A stretch of 64,000 bases of DNA from Alphaproteobacteria bacterium. GTDB lineage: Bacteria; Pseudomonadota; Alphaproteobacteria; SP197. The position numbers were made by a program, and so were the translations under genes. The notes under the pieces were generated by a model. It did no database searches and was not told the DNA's origin. It saw only the letters and a program-made list of their open reading frames with translations. Within the stretch, counting starts at the first letter, position 1, and the number at the start of each line of letters is the position of its first letter. The stretch is taken from the NCBI GenBank assembly GCA_964291265.2, contig OZ219747.1, positions 1,152,001 to 1,216,000 of the forward strand. Direction: 5' to 3'. Shown here in pieces: positions 28,943-39,555 of the stretch.

Positions 28943-30007
28943 TCACAGGCGCTGACCAGTTGCCGAGTCGAAGATGTGCAGCTTTCCCGGCACCACGCGC
29001 AGTCGAACCGTGGCGCCGGACGTAACCATGGAATCGCGCGGCACCGTGGCAACAAAATCTGCGCCGCCAATGACAAGATGCAAGTTGAGATCGGCTCCGG
29101 TCTTTTCGGCAAGAACGAGTTTGCCCTCGATGTCTCCGGCGTCGTCAAGCGTCAGGTCAGTCGGCCGCATGCCGCAAACCAGCTTCTGCCCCGGCTTCGC
29201 GCCACTCGGTGAAGGAAGTGGCAGCTCGAGACCACCACCGACGAAGCTCAGGGTCGTGCCACTGGCGGCGGCTGCACCGTCGATGAAGTTCATGGTCGGT
29301 GAACCGATGAAATCCGCGGCAAAACGGCTGCCAGGACGATCATAGAGTTCGTCAGGGGTGCCGACCTGCTCGATGTCACCGCCCTTCATCAGCACGATGC
29401 GGTCCGCCATGGTCATCGCCTCGATCTGATCATGCGTGACATAGATCGTGGTGGCACCGAGGCGGTCATGGAGCCTGCGGATTTCGAAGCGCATCTGTGC
29501 CCGCAGTTTGGCATCAAGGTTCGACAACGGCTCGTCGAACAGGAAGACCTCGGCGCTTCTCACCATCGCCCGGCCCATGGCGACACGCTGGCGCTGCCCA
29601 CCGGACAGTTCCCTGGGATATCGATCCAGGTGGTCGGAGAGATTGAGAAGGGCCGCAGCCTCTTCGACCCGGCGCCGCACGTCATCCTTCGGCAGCTTCT
29701 TGATCTGGAGGCTGAAAGCGATGTTGTCGAACACCTTCATCGTCGGATAAAGCGCATAGTTCTGGAACACCATCGCGATGTTGCGGTCACGCGGATGCAC
29801 CTCGTTCATGGGGACGCCGCCGATGTGAACCTCACCGCCGGAGATCGTCTCAAGGCCGGCGGTCATGCGCAGCAACGTGGTCTTGCCGCATCCCGAGGCG
29901 CCAAGAAGAACGACGAATTCTCCGTGGTCGATCGTCAGCGACAGATCACGGATCACTTCTACCGGCCCGTAGCTCTTGGCAACGCCGCGGTACTCGACAC
30001 TCGCCAT
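28943..30007 (-). CDS. carbohydrate ABC transporter ATP-binding protein (MalK/UgpC-like)
   Basis: GASGCGKT, VFQNYALYP, LSGGQRQR, DEPLSNLDAKLR. Confidence 0.95.
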   Translation of the reverse strand: MASVEYRGVAKSYGPVEVIRDLSLTIDHGEFVVLLGASGCGKTTLLRMTAGLETISGGEVHIGGVPMNEVHPRDRNIAMVFQNYALYPTMKVFDNIAFSLQIKKLPKDDVRRRVEEAAALLNLSDHLDRYPRELSGGQRQRVAMGRAMVRSAEVFLFDEPLSNLDAKLRAQMRFEIRRLHDRLGATTIYVTHDQIEAMTMADRIVLMKGGDIEQVGTPDELYDRPGSRFAADFIGSPTMNFIDGAAAASGTTLSFVGGGLELPLPSPSGAKPGQKLVCGMRPTDLTLDDAGDIEGKLVLAEKTGADLNLHLVIGGADFVATVPRDSMVTSGATVRLRVVPGKLHIFDSATGQRL

Positions 30008-30379
30008 CAGCAGTCCTCGTGTTCCGGCATCAGCAGCGCTGCCGCGGTGTCGTCGGCAAGAACTCCTGAATCTGCGCGGTCTCCAGCACAGCCAGCGGGG
30101 TCACGGGCAACGCTGTGCGCTACTCCCCTTGCTTCCTTATCGGCTGCGTCCGCCTTGCAGCTCGCCGGAGACCTTGTCTTCGAGGATACGGCATTCGCGG
30201 CTTTCCGGCGACAAGGATCATGACATGATTCGCACGGCAAACCGATGACGGCGCCGGTCGGATTCGTCATCTCGAACGCGATGACACATCCATTGCCGAC
30301 CATGGGTGGCGATCGACTCGACCGCCGGACGGGATCCGTGGGGCAGATGCGTGTCCGCCCCACGGATGGAACCTTGTGC

Positions 30380-31885
30380 TCAGCCGCCTCGAACGATCGT
30401 GTCCGCTGCCTGAGCGATGTCGTCCATGGCTTCTCGCGCCGAACCATAGTCGCCGGCGAAATACTTGCCGAGGCGGACCGGAATGGTGTCGTTCGACAGT
30501 TCCGCCCACGCCGGCAGATCCGGTTCGGACCCCATGTCGTTGGCAATGGTCTCGCGCACCACATCGAGGTGGCGTGTCGTTCCCGGACCGACGCGTCGAT
30601 TGGCAATGATGCGCGGATCGTCATAGACGCTGGCGCGTGTCGGGCCGGTGCCTCCACCGAGTGCCGTAATCAGAACCTGGGTATCGTAGGATGTCGCCCA
30701 CTGCATGAAGATCCATGCCGCGTCCGGGTTTTTCGAATTGCGCGATACCGCAAGCGACGAGCCGCCCTGGTGGCCGACACCCGGGATCTCGCCGAAGCCG
30801 GTCTGATCGACCGTGCGCAGTGGATGCTTGGGTTGCGGACAACGTACGGCCTCCATCAGCCCCGACACCTTGGTGGCGGAGGGGTCGTCGAAGTAGGGAA
30901 AGAACTCGCCCCAACTCATCATGGTGGCGGCAACCCCCTGGGCGATCGACTGCCCTTGACCATCCCAGGTCCAGCCGGTGACGCCCGGCGGCATGGTCTT
31001 CCACAGGCGCGTCCAGTATTCCATTGCCTCCAGGCCCCGGTCATCGTTGCCGGCGAAATGCTCATCGCTGTCGAAGATCGAGCCGCCATGGCCCCAGAGC
31101 CAGGCCGTCCAGTCACACTCCAGAGAATAGTGACCGGATTTCATCTGTCCGGTGGAGCCGTACATGTCCGGCCCCATCTCGTCGGTGATGGCCTTGGCCT
31201 GTTCGTAGTATCTCTCGAGCGTGGCCGGCGGTTCGAAGCCGAACTGATCGTAGATGTCCTTGCGGTACATGAAGATGAAGATCGGGATGTCGTACGGCAC
31301 GCCAACAAGACGATCCTCGAAACGCGCGATGCCGTCGACCAGCGCCGGCAGGAAATCGTCCATGTTGTAGTCGGGCATCGCAAGATCCGGCTTGTCCGCC
31401 ATCTGCTCTCGCGGGTCGAACACGTCTCGGGACGTGAACGCCGCCCAGGACTGGTCGATGTAGTAGAGATCGTAGGTGCCGAGCTGCGAGGCGATGTCGA
31501 GCGTGAGTTTCTGCAGCACCTGCTCGAGCGGCAGGACCTCGATCTCGACGGTCATCCCGGAGGCTTCCTCGAAGTAAGGCTTGAGCTGGCTGTTGATCGC
31601 GTTCGACGGCGGTGTCGACTCCGTCGCGAGCTTGAGCGTCGTGCCGCGAAACGGTGCGGAGACATCCCTGACCCAGGCGAGCACCTCATCCGACGGCTTC
31701 AGGTCGGCTGCCAACGCGTCGGGAAAGAACGAACCGCCGAAGGGGCGCCCCATCCCCAAGCCAAAGGCACCCAGAGCAAGACCGAGTTGCCCGGAACGAC
31801 GCATGAAGTCCCTTCTGCCGATCTCTCCTCTGACATAGGCATCGGTCAAACCTGCAACATACTGCTTGCGATCACTGTCGCGCAT
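30380..31885 (-). CDS. carbohydrate ABC substrate-binding protein, Tat-exported
   Basis: GRRDF twin-arginine signal; YRKDIY; AAWIFMQWAT; SD AGGAGG. Confidence 0.92.
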   Translation of the reverse strand: MRDSDRKQYVAGLTDAYVRGEIGRRDFMRRSGQLGLALGAFGLGMGRPFGGSFFPDALAADLKPSDEVLAWVRDVSAPFRGTTLKLATESTPPSNAINSQLKPYFEEASGMTVEIEVLPLEQVLQKLTLDIASQLGTYDLYYIDQSWAAFTSRDVFDPREQMADKPDLAMPDYNMDDFLPALVDGIARFEDRLVGVPYDIPIFIFMYRKDIYDQFGFEPPATLERYYEQAKAITDEMGPDMYGSTGQMKSGHYSLECDWTAWLWGHGGSIFDSDEHFAGNDDRGLEAMEYWTRLWKTMPPGVTGWTWDGQGQSIAQGVAATMMSWGEFFPYFDDPSATKVSGLMEAVRCPQPKHPLRTVDQTGFGEIPGVGHQGGSSLAVSRNSKNPDAAWIFMQWATSYDTQVLITALGGGTGPTRASVYDDPRIIANRRVGPGTTRHLDVVRETIANDMGSEPDLPAWAELSNDTIPVRLGKYFAGDYGSAREAMDDIAQAADTIVRGG

Positions 31886-31927
31886 GTCATTTCCTCCTGA
31901 TGTTGACGATTGGCATTCCCGGCTGCC

Positions 31928-32806
31928 CTAATGCTTCAGCGAGCCGAGTGTCAGTCCGCGGACCAGCTGCTTCTGGACCAGCAGAATGAAGACAAAGGCC
32001 GGCACCATGGCCGCGGCGCCGAGCGCCGCCATGTTTCCCCAAGCTGTTCCGGTCGAGGTGACGAAACTCGATGAGACGACAGGAACCGTCTTGAGACCGG
32101 TTTGCGTAAGGGTAAGGACGAAGACGAACTCCGTCCACGAAAAGATGAAACACAGGACTGCCGTGGCGGCGATCCCGCCCTTGGCCATCGGCAGGACCAC
32201 GCGGCGAAAGATCAGCCAGCGCGAGGCGCCATCGATGAGGGCGCTTTCGTCGATCTCCTTCGGGATGTCGTCAAAGAAGCTCTTCAGAAGAAGCACCGCG
32301 AGCGGCAGATTCATGACGGCGTGAACAAGGATGACGCCGAGATAGGTATCGATCAGACCCACGTCTTTGTAGATGAAGAACAACGGGATGGCGACGGCCA
32401 CCGGTGGCATCATGCGTGTGGACAGCACCCAGCCGACGAAGGCGTGGCGTCCCCTGAACTCCATGCGCGACAGCCCGTAGGCGGCAAGCGTCGCGATCAT
32501 GATGGAGAGTGCCGTCGAGCCAAGGGCGATGATGATCGAATCCCAGAGTCGCGGCGCCATGTAGAAGTTCCCGCCGCCCGGGAGGACTTCCTGTTGGTGG
32601 AGGAAACCCAGGGAGACGCCGAACACTTCCTCGAAGTTCCGCACCGTCGGCTCGAACACCCAGACGGTGGGCGGCAGGTTGAAGATTTCCTTGGCGTTCT
32701 TGAACGCCGTCGTGATCCAGTAGTAGAGCGGAAACATGAAGATTCCCACCACGGACCAGGCGGCGATCATGCTGGCGCGGCGCCGGGTTTTCGACTGCAC
32801 GATCAC
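31928..32806 (-). CDS. carbohydrate ABC permease (MalG-like)
   Basis: IDESALIDGAS (EAA loop), FIFSWTEF, LVRGLTLG. Confidence 0.93.
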   Translation of the reverse strand: MIVQSKTRRRASMIAAWSVVGIFMFPLYYWITTAFKNAKEIFNLPPTVWVFEPTVRNFEEVFGVSLGFLHQQEVLPGGGNFYMAPRLWDSIIIALGSTALSIMIATLAAYGLSRMEFRGRHAFVGWVLSTRMMPPVAVAIPLFFIYKDVGLIDTYLGVILVHAVMNLPLAVLLLKSFFDDIPKEIDESALIDGASRWLIFRRVVLPMAKGGIAATAVLCFIFSWTEFVFVLTLTQTGLKTVPVVSSSFVTSTGTAWGNMAALGAAAMVPAFVFILLVQKQLVRGLTLGSLKH

Positions 32807-33732
32807 CAGCGTACCTTCGAAACGTAGATGAACAGGTTGGCAACCACGAGGATGATCACCAGGCTCACGAGACTGATTGACGCGCCGTAGCCCCACTTGA
32901 TGAAGCTGAACGTCTGTTGCCACGAGTAGAGACTCAACACGTAGGTTGACGTGCCCGGCCCACCCGACGTCATGACGAAGACATAGTCGAACATGCGGAA
33001 CACATCGATGCCGCGGATCAGAACGGCAACGGCGATGACCTTCGACATCAGGGGAAGGGTGATGCGCAAGAAGGTCTGCAGCGCGGATGCGCCATCAAGC
33101 ATGGCCGCCTCGTAGGGTTCCGGCGGCAGCGACCGCAACCCGGCAAGGAAGATCAGAACCATGAATGGTGTCCACTGCCAGACATCGGCCACCATGACGC
33201 CGATCAGCGCGGTCGATGCGGTCGCCAGGATCGGCGACTGGCCGTCGAGAATGCCAACAGCTTCCAGCACGTACGTGAAGACACCGAACTCCGGATCCTG
33301 GAGCAACAGGAACATCATCCCCGTGATGGCCGGCGGAACCACGAGGGTCAGTGTCAGCAGGGCGCGCAGCACCCCGTAGCCGGGTGCATCGCTGTCAAGC
33401 AGCAGTGCAATCAGCATCCCGAGCACGAGCTGAACCGACAAGACGATGGCGAAGTACACGAAGGTGACGCTGACCGAACTCCAGAACCGGGCATCTTCCA
33501 GCAAGGTTGCCCAGTTGCTCCAGCCGACGTACTCGAGCCGCCGCTTGAAGGGGGCATACTCGTGGAAACTCAGCCACACGTTGTAGAACAGCGGATAGAT
33601 CGTGAAGAGAATCAGCAGCGCCAGCAACGGCGCGATCCACGGCAGGGGGCGATCCAGAGACAACGAGCGCCGCAGTCCGGCCTGCACGAGGCCGAACCGA
33701 GGTTCACGAACATCGCCTGTCGCGCAGGTCAC
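32803..33732 (-). CDS. carbohydrate ABC permease (MalF-like)
   Basis: DVWQWTPF, YEAAMLDGAS, TSGGPGTST. Confidence 0.93.
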   Translation of the reverse strand: MTCATGDVREPRFGLVQAGLRRSLSLDRPLPWIAPLLALLILFTIYPLFYNVWLSFHEYAPFKRRLEYVGWSNWATLLEDARFWSSVSVTFVYFAIVLSVQLVLGMLIALLLDSDAPGYGVLRALLTLTLVVPPAITGMMFLLLQDPEFGVFTYVLEAVGILDGQSPILATASTALIGVMVADVWQWTPFMVLIFLAGLRSLPPEPYEAAMLDGASALQTFLRITLPLMSKVIAVAVLIRGIDVFRMFDYVFVMTSGGPGTSTYVLSLYSWQQTFSFIKWGYGASISLVSLVIILVVANLFIYVSKVRW

Positions 33733-34448
33733 ACCACCTGTTTCCGTGCAGGTGCCTTGCGGGACGACCGCACCTTGCCGGTCCCCGGGTTTCCCTGGTC
33801 CTGAACTCCGTATCCCGCAAAGGCCGCGATGGTCTCATCGATTTCGGTGTCGCTCAGCAGGACCGGGCCGCCAATCTGGAGCGTGAAGTAGTACTGCTTC
33901 GCAATGGTCTCAAGCTCGACGGCCCGCCACATTGCCCTGGCAAGCGTGTCGCCGATCGTGATCATGCCGTGGTTCGCCAGGAGGCAGGCGGTACGGTCCT
34001 TCATGGCAGCGACTGCCAGCAGGGACAAGTCGTCGGTCCCGAAGCGCCTGTAATCCGCGCAGCGCACACTGTTTCCGCCAAAGGAGGCAATCATGTAGTG
34101 GCAGGCCGGGATTTCCTTGCGAGCGATGGCAAGGGTCGTGCAGTAGGTCGGGTGCGCATGCACCACGGCACCGGCATCGGGTCGCTCGCGCATGATCCTG
34201 TGGTGAAACGGCCACTCCGTCGATGGCTTGAGGGGACCCTCCCAGGCGCCGCTGTCGTCGTCGAGTCGCATCGAAGCCACCATGTCGGGCGTCATCACGT
34301 CGTAGGGTATCGCCGAAGGCGATATGAGCATGCGGTCACCGAACCGCACCGAGATGTTGCCGGATGTCCCCTGGTTGATTCCGCTCGCGTTCATTTCGCG
34401 GCAACGCTCCACCAGCGCCTGTCGCAGTTCTTTCTCCGATTTGGTCAT
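33729..34448 (-). CDS. class II aldolase (L-fuculose-phosphate aldolase-like)
   Basis: GTSGNISVR, KPSTEWPFH, VVHAHP, LLANHG. Confidence 0.92.
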   Translation of the reverse strand: MTKSEKELRQALVERCREMNASGINQGTSGNISVRFGDRMLISPSAIPYDVMTPDMVASMRLDDDSGAWEGPLKPSTEWPFHHRIMRERPDAGAVVHAHPTYCTTLAIARKEIPACHYMIASFGGNSVRCADYRRFGTDDLSLLAVAAMKDRTACLLANHGMITIGDTLARAMWRAVELETIAKQYYFTLQIGGPVLLSDTEIDETIAAFAGYGVQDQGNPGTGKVRSSRKAPARKQVV

Positions 34449-35281
34449 GACATCCTCTTCTCTGGGAATATGATGGGGGCCATCGCCTTGCGGGCATCCA
34501 GGATGACCGCGGCGAGTTCGACGAAGCCGGCGCCGCCGCGAGACGGCGCAACGAAAGCAGGCTCGGCTTCCAGGCACCCGGCAAAATCGCGGACATTGGC
34601 CACGCCACAGGCATTGGGGAAATGACGAAACATCGGTGCGTCATTGGGGCTGTCGCCGCAGAACATGATGCGGTCGCGGTCGGCGTCCATGTCGACGGCC
34701 AGGACCTCCGATCCGAAGCGGCGCGTCATGGACAGCTTGTCATGGTCTCCGAACCAGCCGTTCACATGGATCGACGATACCTTGGCGACGGCGCCGTTTT
34801 CCTCGAAAATTTCCTTGATCCGCGCGACGGCTTCCGGGGGGAGCCGTCGGACGTCTTCACAATAGTCGATTGCAAGGTCGGCCTCCCGATAGGGCTGGTC
34901 GGCCGCAACGGCCGCACCGGGAACTTCGGAAAGAACCTGACGGCGAATGCTCTCCAGGTGGTCGCGGTTCGACATCCTGCGCGTCTCGCAGACGGCATAG
35001 ACCCTCCTCATCGTCCGCGCGCCCCCGTCATAGGCGAAGTAGAGCGCCCCGTTTTCCCCGACAACGCCGTCAATGGGCCAGAAGCGGGCGATCATGTCGC
35101 ACCAGCCGGCCGGCCGACCCGTGACGAGTGCCACCGCCAGCCCCTCCTCGTGGAGGCTCTCCAGTGCTCCATAGGCATCCGCCGGAAGACGACCATCCGT
35201 GGTCAGGGTATCGTCGATGTCCGCGAGGACAACAGCGATCATGGCCGCGGTCTCGGGCGGCATGTCGGCGAGTGCGCGCAC
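34445..35281 (-). CDS. HAD-IIB family hydrolase
   Basis: DIDDTLT, VTGRPAGWCD, GENG, GDSPND. Confidence 0.9.
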   Translation of the reverse strand: MRALADMPPETAAMIAVVLADIDDTLTTDGRLPADAYGALESLHEEGLAVALVTGRPAGWCDMIARFWPIDGVVGENGALYFAYDGGARTMRRVYAVCETRRMSNRDHLESIRRQVLSEVPGAAVAADQPYREADLAIDYCEDVRRLPPEAVARIKEIFEENGAVAKVSSIHVNGWFGDHDKLSMTRRFGSEVLAVDMDADRDRIMFCGDSPNDAPMFRHFPNACGVANVRDFAGCLEAEPAFVAPSRGGAGFVELAAVILDARKAMAPIIFPEKRMS

Positions 35282-36684
35282 TACGCCGCCTCGGCCGCAA
35301 AGTCGTCGAGAAGACCTGCATCGCAGGCGATGTCGACGAACGAGAAACGGTTCCTCATCTCGTGTGCATGTCGAACGGCCTCCCGGTAGAACGCTGCATC
35401 CAGCCCGAGTTCCGCGGCGGTGGTCGCGCCGCCCGCCGCTGCCAGTCGCTCGCGCATCGTCTCCACGGGAACGGAGAACGCAAGACACTCACGACGCAGG
35501 GCAGGCCAGATGTCCTGCAGTTTCTCGTTCAGCACGGCGGCCTTTGGTGCGTCGAGCCCCTTCTTCGCGTACTCCACGGCGCATGACCCGGCGACGTCCC
35601 GACCCATGCGCCGCGCCATGTCGTCCTCGTCGAAACGCGTGGGCCGCAGCGTCGGCGCCGTCGGCTGTTCAAGCAGCCACTGCTGCAACCGCGCCATCGT
35701 GATGCTGGCGACGCCGACCTGTTCGCCGTGCAGCGTGCCGGGATGCCGCTCCCGGGCGAAGCAGTCGATGTAGTGTGATATCTGGTGTTCGCTCATCGAC
35801 CCGTGATTCGAGACGCCCGTGAAACCGATGCCGAGACCCGACAGGGTCAGGCCGCGAACCAGGTAGCCTGTCGCCTCGATCTCGCCGCGACTGATGGCAG
35901 CGGCGCGGGCGTTCATGTCCATGTCGTTCTCGGCCGAGATGACATAGGGTTCGTCCCGGTAGAACGTCCCCAGCAAGCGATGCGACATCCACCAGTCGAT
36001 CCTGGCCACCGAGGTGCACAGGCAATCCCCGAAACCTGCAGCGGCCATGCGGGACGGTGCCTTCGCCATGGTCTCGAGTTCGAGAAAGACGCCTTTCGGT
36101 GCATGGGCTCCGAGTGACGTCCTCGGTCCACATCGCTGCCGCATCGAGGCGGTGGACGATGTGTAACCGTCCATAGACGCAGCCGTCCCGAAAACCGAGC
36201 AACTCCGCCCGTCCTGCGCGGTGACGAACTTGCAGAGGTCATTGATCGTGCCGGAGCCGACGGCAACGAGATGGTCGGCGTGACGGACTCGGTCGGCCAG
36301 TGCCGCGGCGGTATCGAAGTCCGCATGCAATGTCTTCCCGAGAACCACCTCACTTGCCGCGAGGCCACCGGTCAGGCAGGCCTCATGCACACGTCGCCCA
36401 AGAATCTCCCAGGTGTTGGCGTCCGCAACGACCGCAACGGCCTTCGCCGCGTTGCCGAGAGCGCGCAGCAGCCCGGCCTCGACGCCCTGCAAGGTCTCGG
36501 CGATCACGATGTTCTCGATGGGACTCCGGGGGGCGTTCCTGCCGGTCGCCGGGTTCACCCAGCGACCGAGGTAGATGTCGTCGATCAGCGCAGTCCAGCC
36601 ACCGGTTGGACCGGGCCCGTCAGAACGGGAAGGAGCGGGCTTCACCTCAGGCGTCCCATCGCCGGGTTGTCTGACGATATGCAT
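35281..36684 (-). CDS. glycerol-1-phosphate dehydrogenase-like (dehydroquinate synthase-like/Fe-ADH superfamily) oxidoreductase
   Basis: AVGSGTINDLCK, TAASMDGY, GSMSEHQISH, LHGEQVG; start uncertain. Confidence 0.85.
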   Translation of the reverse strand: MHIVRQPGDGTPEVKPAPSRSDGPGPTGGWTALIDDIYLGRWVNPATGRNAPRSPIENIVIAETLQGVEAGLLRALGNAAKAVAVVADANTWEILGRRVHEACLTGGLAASEVVLGKTLHADFDTAAALADRVRHADHLVAVGSGTINDLCKFVTAQDGRSCSVFGTAASMDGYTSSTASMRQRCGPRTSLGAHAPKGVFLELETMAKAPSRMAAAGFGDCLCTSVARIDWWMSHRLLGTFYRDEPYVISAENDMDMNARAAAISRGEIEATGYLVRGLTLSGLGIGFTGVSNHGSMSEHQISHYIDCFARERHPGTLHGEQVGVASITMARLQQWLLEQPTAPTLRPTRFDEDDMARRMGRDVAGSCAVEYAKKGLDAPKAAVLNEKLQDIWPALRRECLAFSVPVETMRERLAAAGGATTAAELGLDAAFYREAVRHAHEMRNRFSFVDIACDAGLLDDFAAEAA

Positions 36685-37577
36685 GGGCGGAATCCCGCGT
36701 GTTGTCAATTGATGTCTTCCGATATCCCTTGACAATCGCATGCACGTGCGGAGTGTCTTCCCGTCATGATGCCAGTGGCGACACAGGGGGACAGGCATGT
36801 CGCCGAGCCTCCAGGCGGCATTCATCGGTGGTGTGCCGATGCCCGAGCGACCCGGAATCATGTCGAGAAGACCGTGCGTGTGCTCCTGTCGCCGGCGATG
36901 GCAGGTGACGGTCAGCCGGAACAGGTTGCCGACCGTACGTCTGATTCCGACAAGCCCTCCGCGCTCCCTGACCTCGATGCGCCGCCGGCAACCGAGGAGG
37001 CGGTCATGTTGCGGCACCGATCCGGACCGGCCGCCCGGGTACCTGCACCTCATATGCGGCTCGACCTCGTGACCGGAGCGCGCGGAAACGGACGACACCA
37101 AGACTGCAGGCCTCGGGAAATGCCCTGGATGATGAAGACTCCTTGCGGAGCGTCCATCGCAGCCGCCGCCTGCCGCCATCACCGTGCGGTTGTCCTCACG
37201 AACCCGGATGTCCGTGGACCTCGGCCACCGTTGGCGGAACCGATCCGACGACGGCATGTCGAACATCCGGGCGTCCGTGAACTCGTGGTCCGCGACGTGG
37301 CCGAACTGACCCACGACGGACACCGGTCCGATGCCTTGAAGCCGGCTGGTTCGACCGTCGATCACGCCGGGGCAATGTGGCGCCGACGATCGAGAGGTGG
37401 CCGATGCGATCACGACATTGCCATGGCTTCCCGCGAGCTGCGTGCGGCGCTAACGCGCTTATGCGTCACGGGAGAAACCGCAAGGTGCAAGGCTGTCCGG
37501 GACACGCCAACAGGTGAGTACGCTGCCCTCCCGAGGAGCGATGCGGCGACGGCCCAACGCCTGCCGGGGCGAACGAC

Positions 37578-39125
37578 ATGAGCAGAAGCAGCGACCTGGT
37601 GGTCGGTCTTGACAGTTCCACCCAATCGACCAAGGCCATTGCATGGACGCGCGAGGGCAAGGCGGTCGCCGAGGGACGGGCGCCGGTTCCGATGTCGACG
37701 CCGCGCCCCGGCTGGTTCGAACAGGATGTCGAAGACTGGTGGTCCTCGGCCTGTACGGCGTTGACGAAGATGACAGCGGCCATCGACCCCGGTCGCATTG
37801 CGGGTCTTGCGGTCTCCAACCAGAGAGAGACCGTGGCTCTGGTCGATTCCGCTTTGTGCGCGACGCGTCCGGCCATGGTATGGCTCGACGAACGCGCCCG
37901 AGACGAGGTGCGGCTGCTCACCGACGAGTTCGATGGTGATCGCCTGCATGCAATCACGGGCAAGCCGCCTGACGTGACACCGGTCGTCTACAGGTTGAGC
38001 TGGCTGCGTCGCCACGAGCCCGCAAGCCTCGACAGGGCCGCGAAAATTCTCGATGTCCACGGCTTTCTGACGGGCCGCCTGACCGGCCGGGCGGTGGCAA
38101 GCTGGACCAGTGCCGACCCGTTCGGCATCTTCGATATCAAAGCCAGGAGGTGGTCGGCGCCGATCCTGTCGCATCTGGAACTCGACGCAACGCGATTCCC
38201 CGGTCTCGAATCTCCGGGGGCGATGGTCGGCCGCGTTGGCAAGGAGGTGGTGGCACAGACAGGACTGACAGCCGGCACGCCCGTCTTCGCGGCAGGCGGC
38301 GACGGTCAGTGCGCGGGCCTGGGCGTCAATGCCGTGCGGAAAGGCGTCGTCTACCTCAATCTCGGGACCGCGATCATCACCGGCGCCTGGTCGGCGACGC
38401 CGCGCATCGGCCGGGCGTGGCGGACCATGACGTCTCCCGACGGCGAGGGTTACTTTCTGGAAGGCGTGCAACGGGCAGGAGCCTTCTTCATCGACTGGTT
38501 CGTCGACACCTTCGCCGAGGGTCGAGACGATCCCGGGGTGTTCGCCAGACTGGAGGAACGTGCCGCGTCGCTGCCGATCGGGTCGGACGGGGTCGTGGTG
38601 TGTTCGTATCTTTCGGGATGCATGGACCCGCATTGGGATCCCGATGCCCGTGCCGCCTTTCTCGGCCTCGCGCCCCGACATGGGCTGGCACATCTCTACC
38701 GTGCCAGTCTGGAAGCGCTGACGCTCGAAACAGCACGTTGCATTGCTGCCATGCGGTCCGACGGCCTGTCGCCGGAGCGTATTCTTGCTGTCGGAGGCGG
38801 CGCGAACAGCGATCTCTGGTCGCAGATGATCGCCGATGCGACTGGTCTTCCTCTGACAAGGAGCAGGAGCCTCGAAGCATCATCGCTTGGCGCCGCCATC
38901 ACCGCTGCAGTCGGTGCCGGGTGGTTCCCGGGCTTTGCCGAGGCCGCATCGGCCATGTCAGGGAACGGTGAGACGCGATTGCCGGACAGCAAGGTCAGAA
39001 CGAAGTGGATGTCCCTGCTGGAGCGGCAGGCGCGGGTCTATCCCGACGCAGCACGCAGCGGAATCGGCCTTCATCCAGCAGTGAGCGATGTGTTTCGAGA
39101 TCTCGAGAACGACGCAGGTTCGTGA
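37578..39125 (+). CDS. FGGY-family carbohydrate kinase
   Basis: VGLDSSTQSTKA, SNQRET, GGGDGQCAG, VGGGANS. Confidence 0.92.
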   Translation: MSRSSDLVVGLDSSTQSTKAIAWTREGKAVAEGRAPVPMSTPRPGWFEQDVEDWWSSACTALTKMTAAIDPGRIAGLAVSNQRETVALVDSALCATRPAMVWLDERARDEVRLLTDEFDGDRLHAITGKPPDVTPVVYRLSWLRRHEPASLDRAAKILDVHGFLTGRLTGRAVASWTSADPFGIFDIKARRWSAPILSHLELDATRFPGLESPGAMVGRVGKEVVAQTGLTAGTPVFAAGGDGQCAGLGVNAVRKGVVYLNLGTAIITGAWSATPRIGRAWRTMTSPDGEGYFLEGVQRAGAFFIDWFVDTFAEGRDDPGVFARLEERAASLPIGSDGVVVCSYLSGCMDPHWDPDARAAFLGLAPRHGLAHLYRASLEALTLETARCIAAMRSDGLSPERILAVGGGANSDLWSQMIADATGLPLTRSRSLEASSLGAAITAAVGAGWFPGFAEAASAMSGNGETRLPDSKVRTKWMSLLERQARVYPDAARSGIGLHPAVSDVFRDLENDAGS

Positions 39126-39487
39126 TCGTTCATCTGCATCATGATTCGGGGCGCTTCGAAGCTTGATGCCACACCGCAAGTCGACCCGTGCCTCGGGAAT
39201 GTTCTGGAATGAGTGTCCCCGTATTCAGCGGGTTCACCAGGTCGTGGAGCGCCTGTTCACCGGAATCGCATGACCCGAAGTCGGCAAGGTGACCCACGGT
39301 GCGCCGTCGCTGGCACGCCCTTTGCGGATGTCGACGAACCGGAAGGAACGCCGGGCCCTGTGCGGCAGACTGGGCAAGCACGGGACCCCTGCTGCGCCTC
39401 GCTCGCAAGGTGATGGGAGGGATCGAAGAACGATACCACGCACGACGCCAGACAGGATCGCAAGGAATGGGCGTGGAATCGGCATGG

Positions 39488-39527
39488 TTGACAAGGTGCC
39501 TGCAATATATTCTGCTACAGAAATATT
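39488..39527 (+). promoter_or_regulatory. candidate sigma70 promoter with overlapping palindromic operator
   Basis: TTGACA at 39488; AT-rich imperfect palindrome AATAT(A)TTCTG-CTA-CAGAAATATT at 39504-39527, just upstream of the regulator. Confidence 0.5.
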
Positions 39528-39555
39528 TTTCGGGGATCGGGTTTCGGTGACGCGG

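Noticed and set aside
30007-30270. Small ORF between the sugar SBP and ATPase genes
   Set aside because: No recognisable motif or RBS; not supportable as a gene.
25226-37413. N-terminal extensions in the ORF track (708-aa SBP, 710-aa dehydrogenase) as domain fusions
   Set aside because: The extensions are unstructured read-through of intergenic DNA; the SBP has a clear SD, ATG and Tat signal at 26824.
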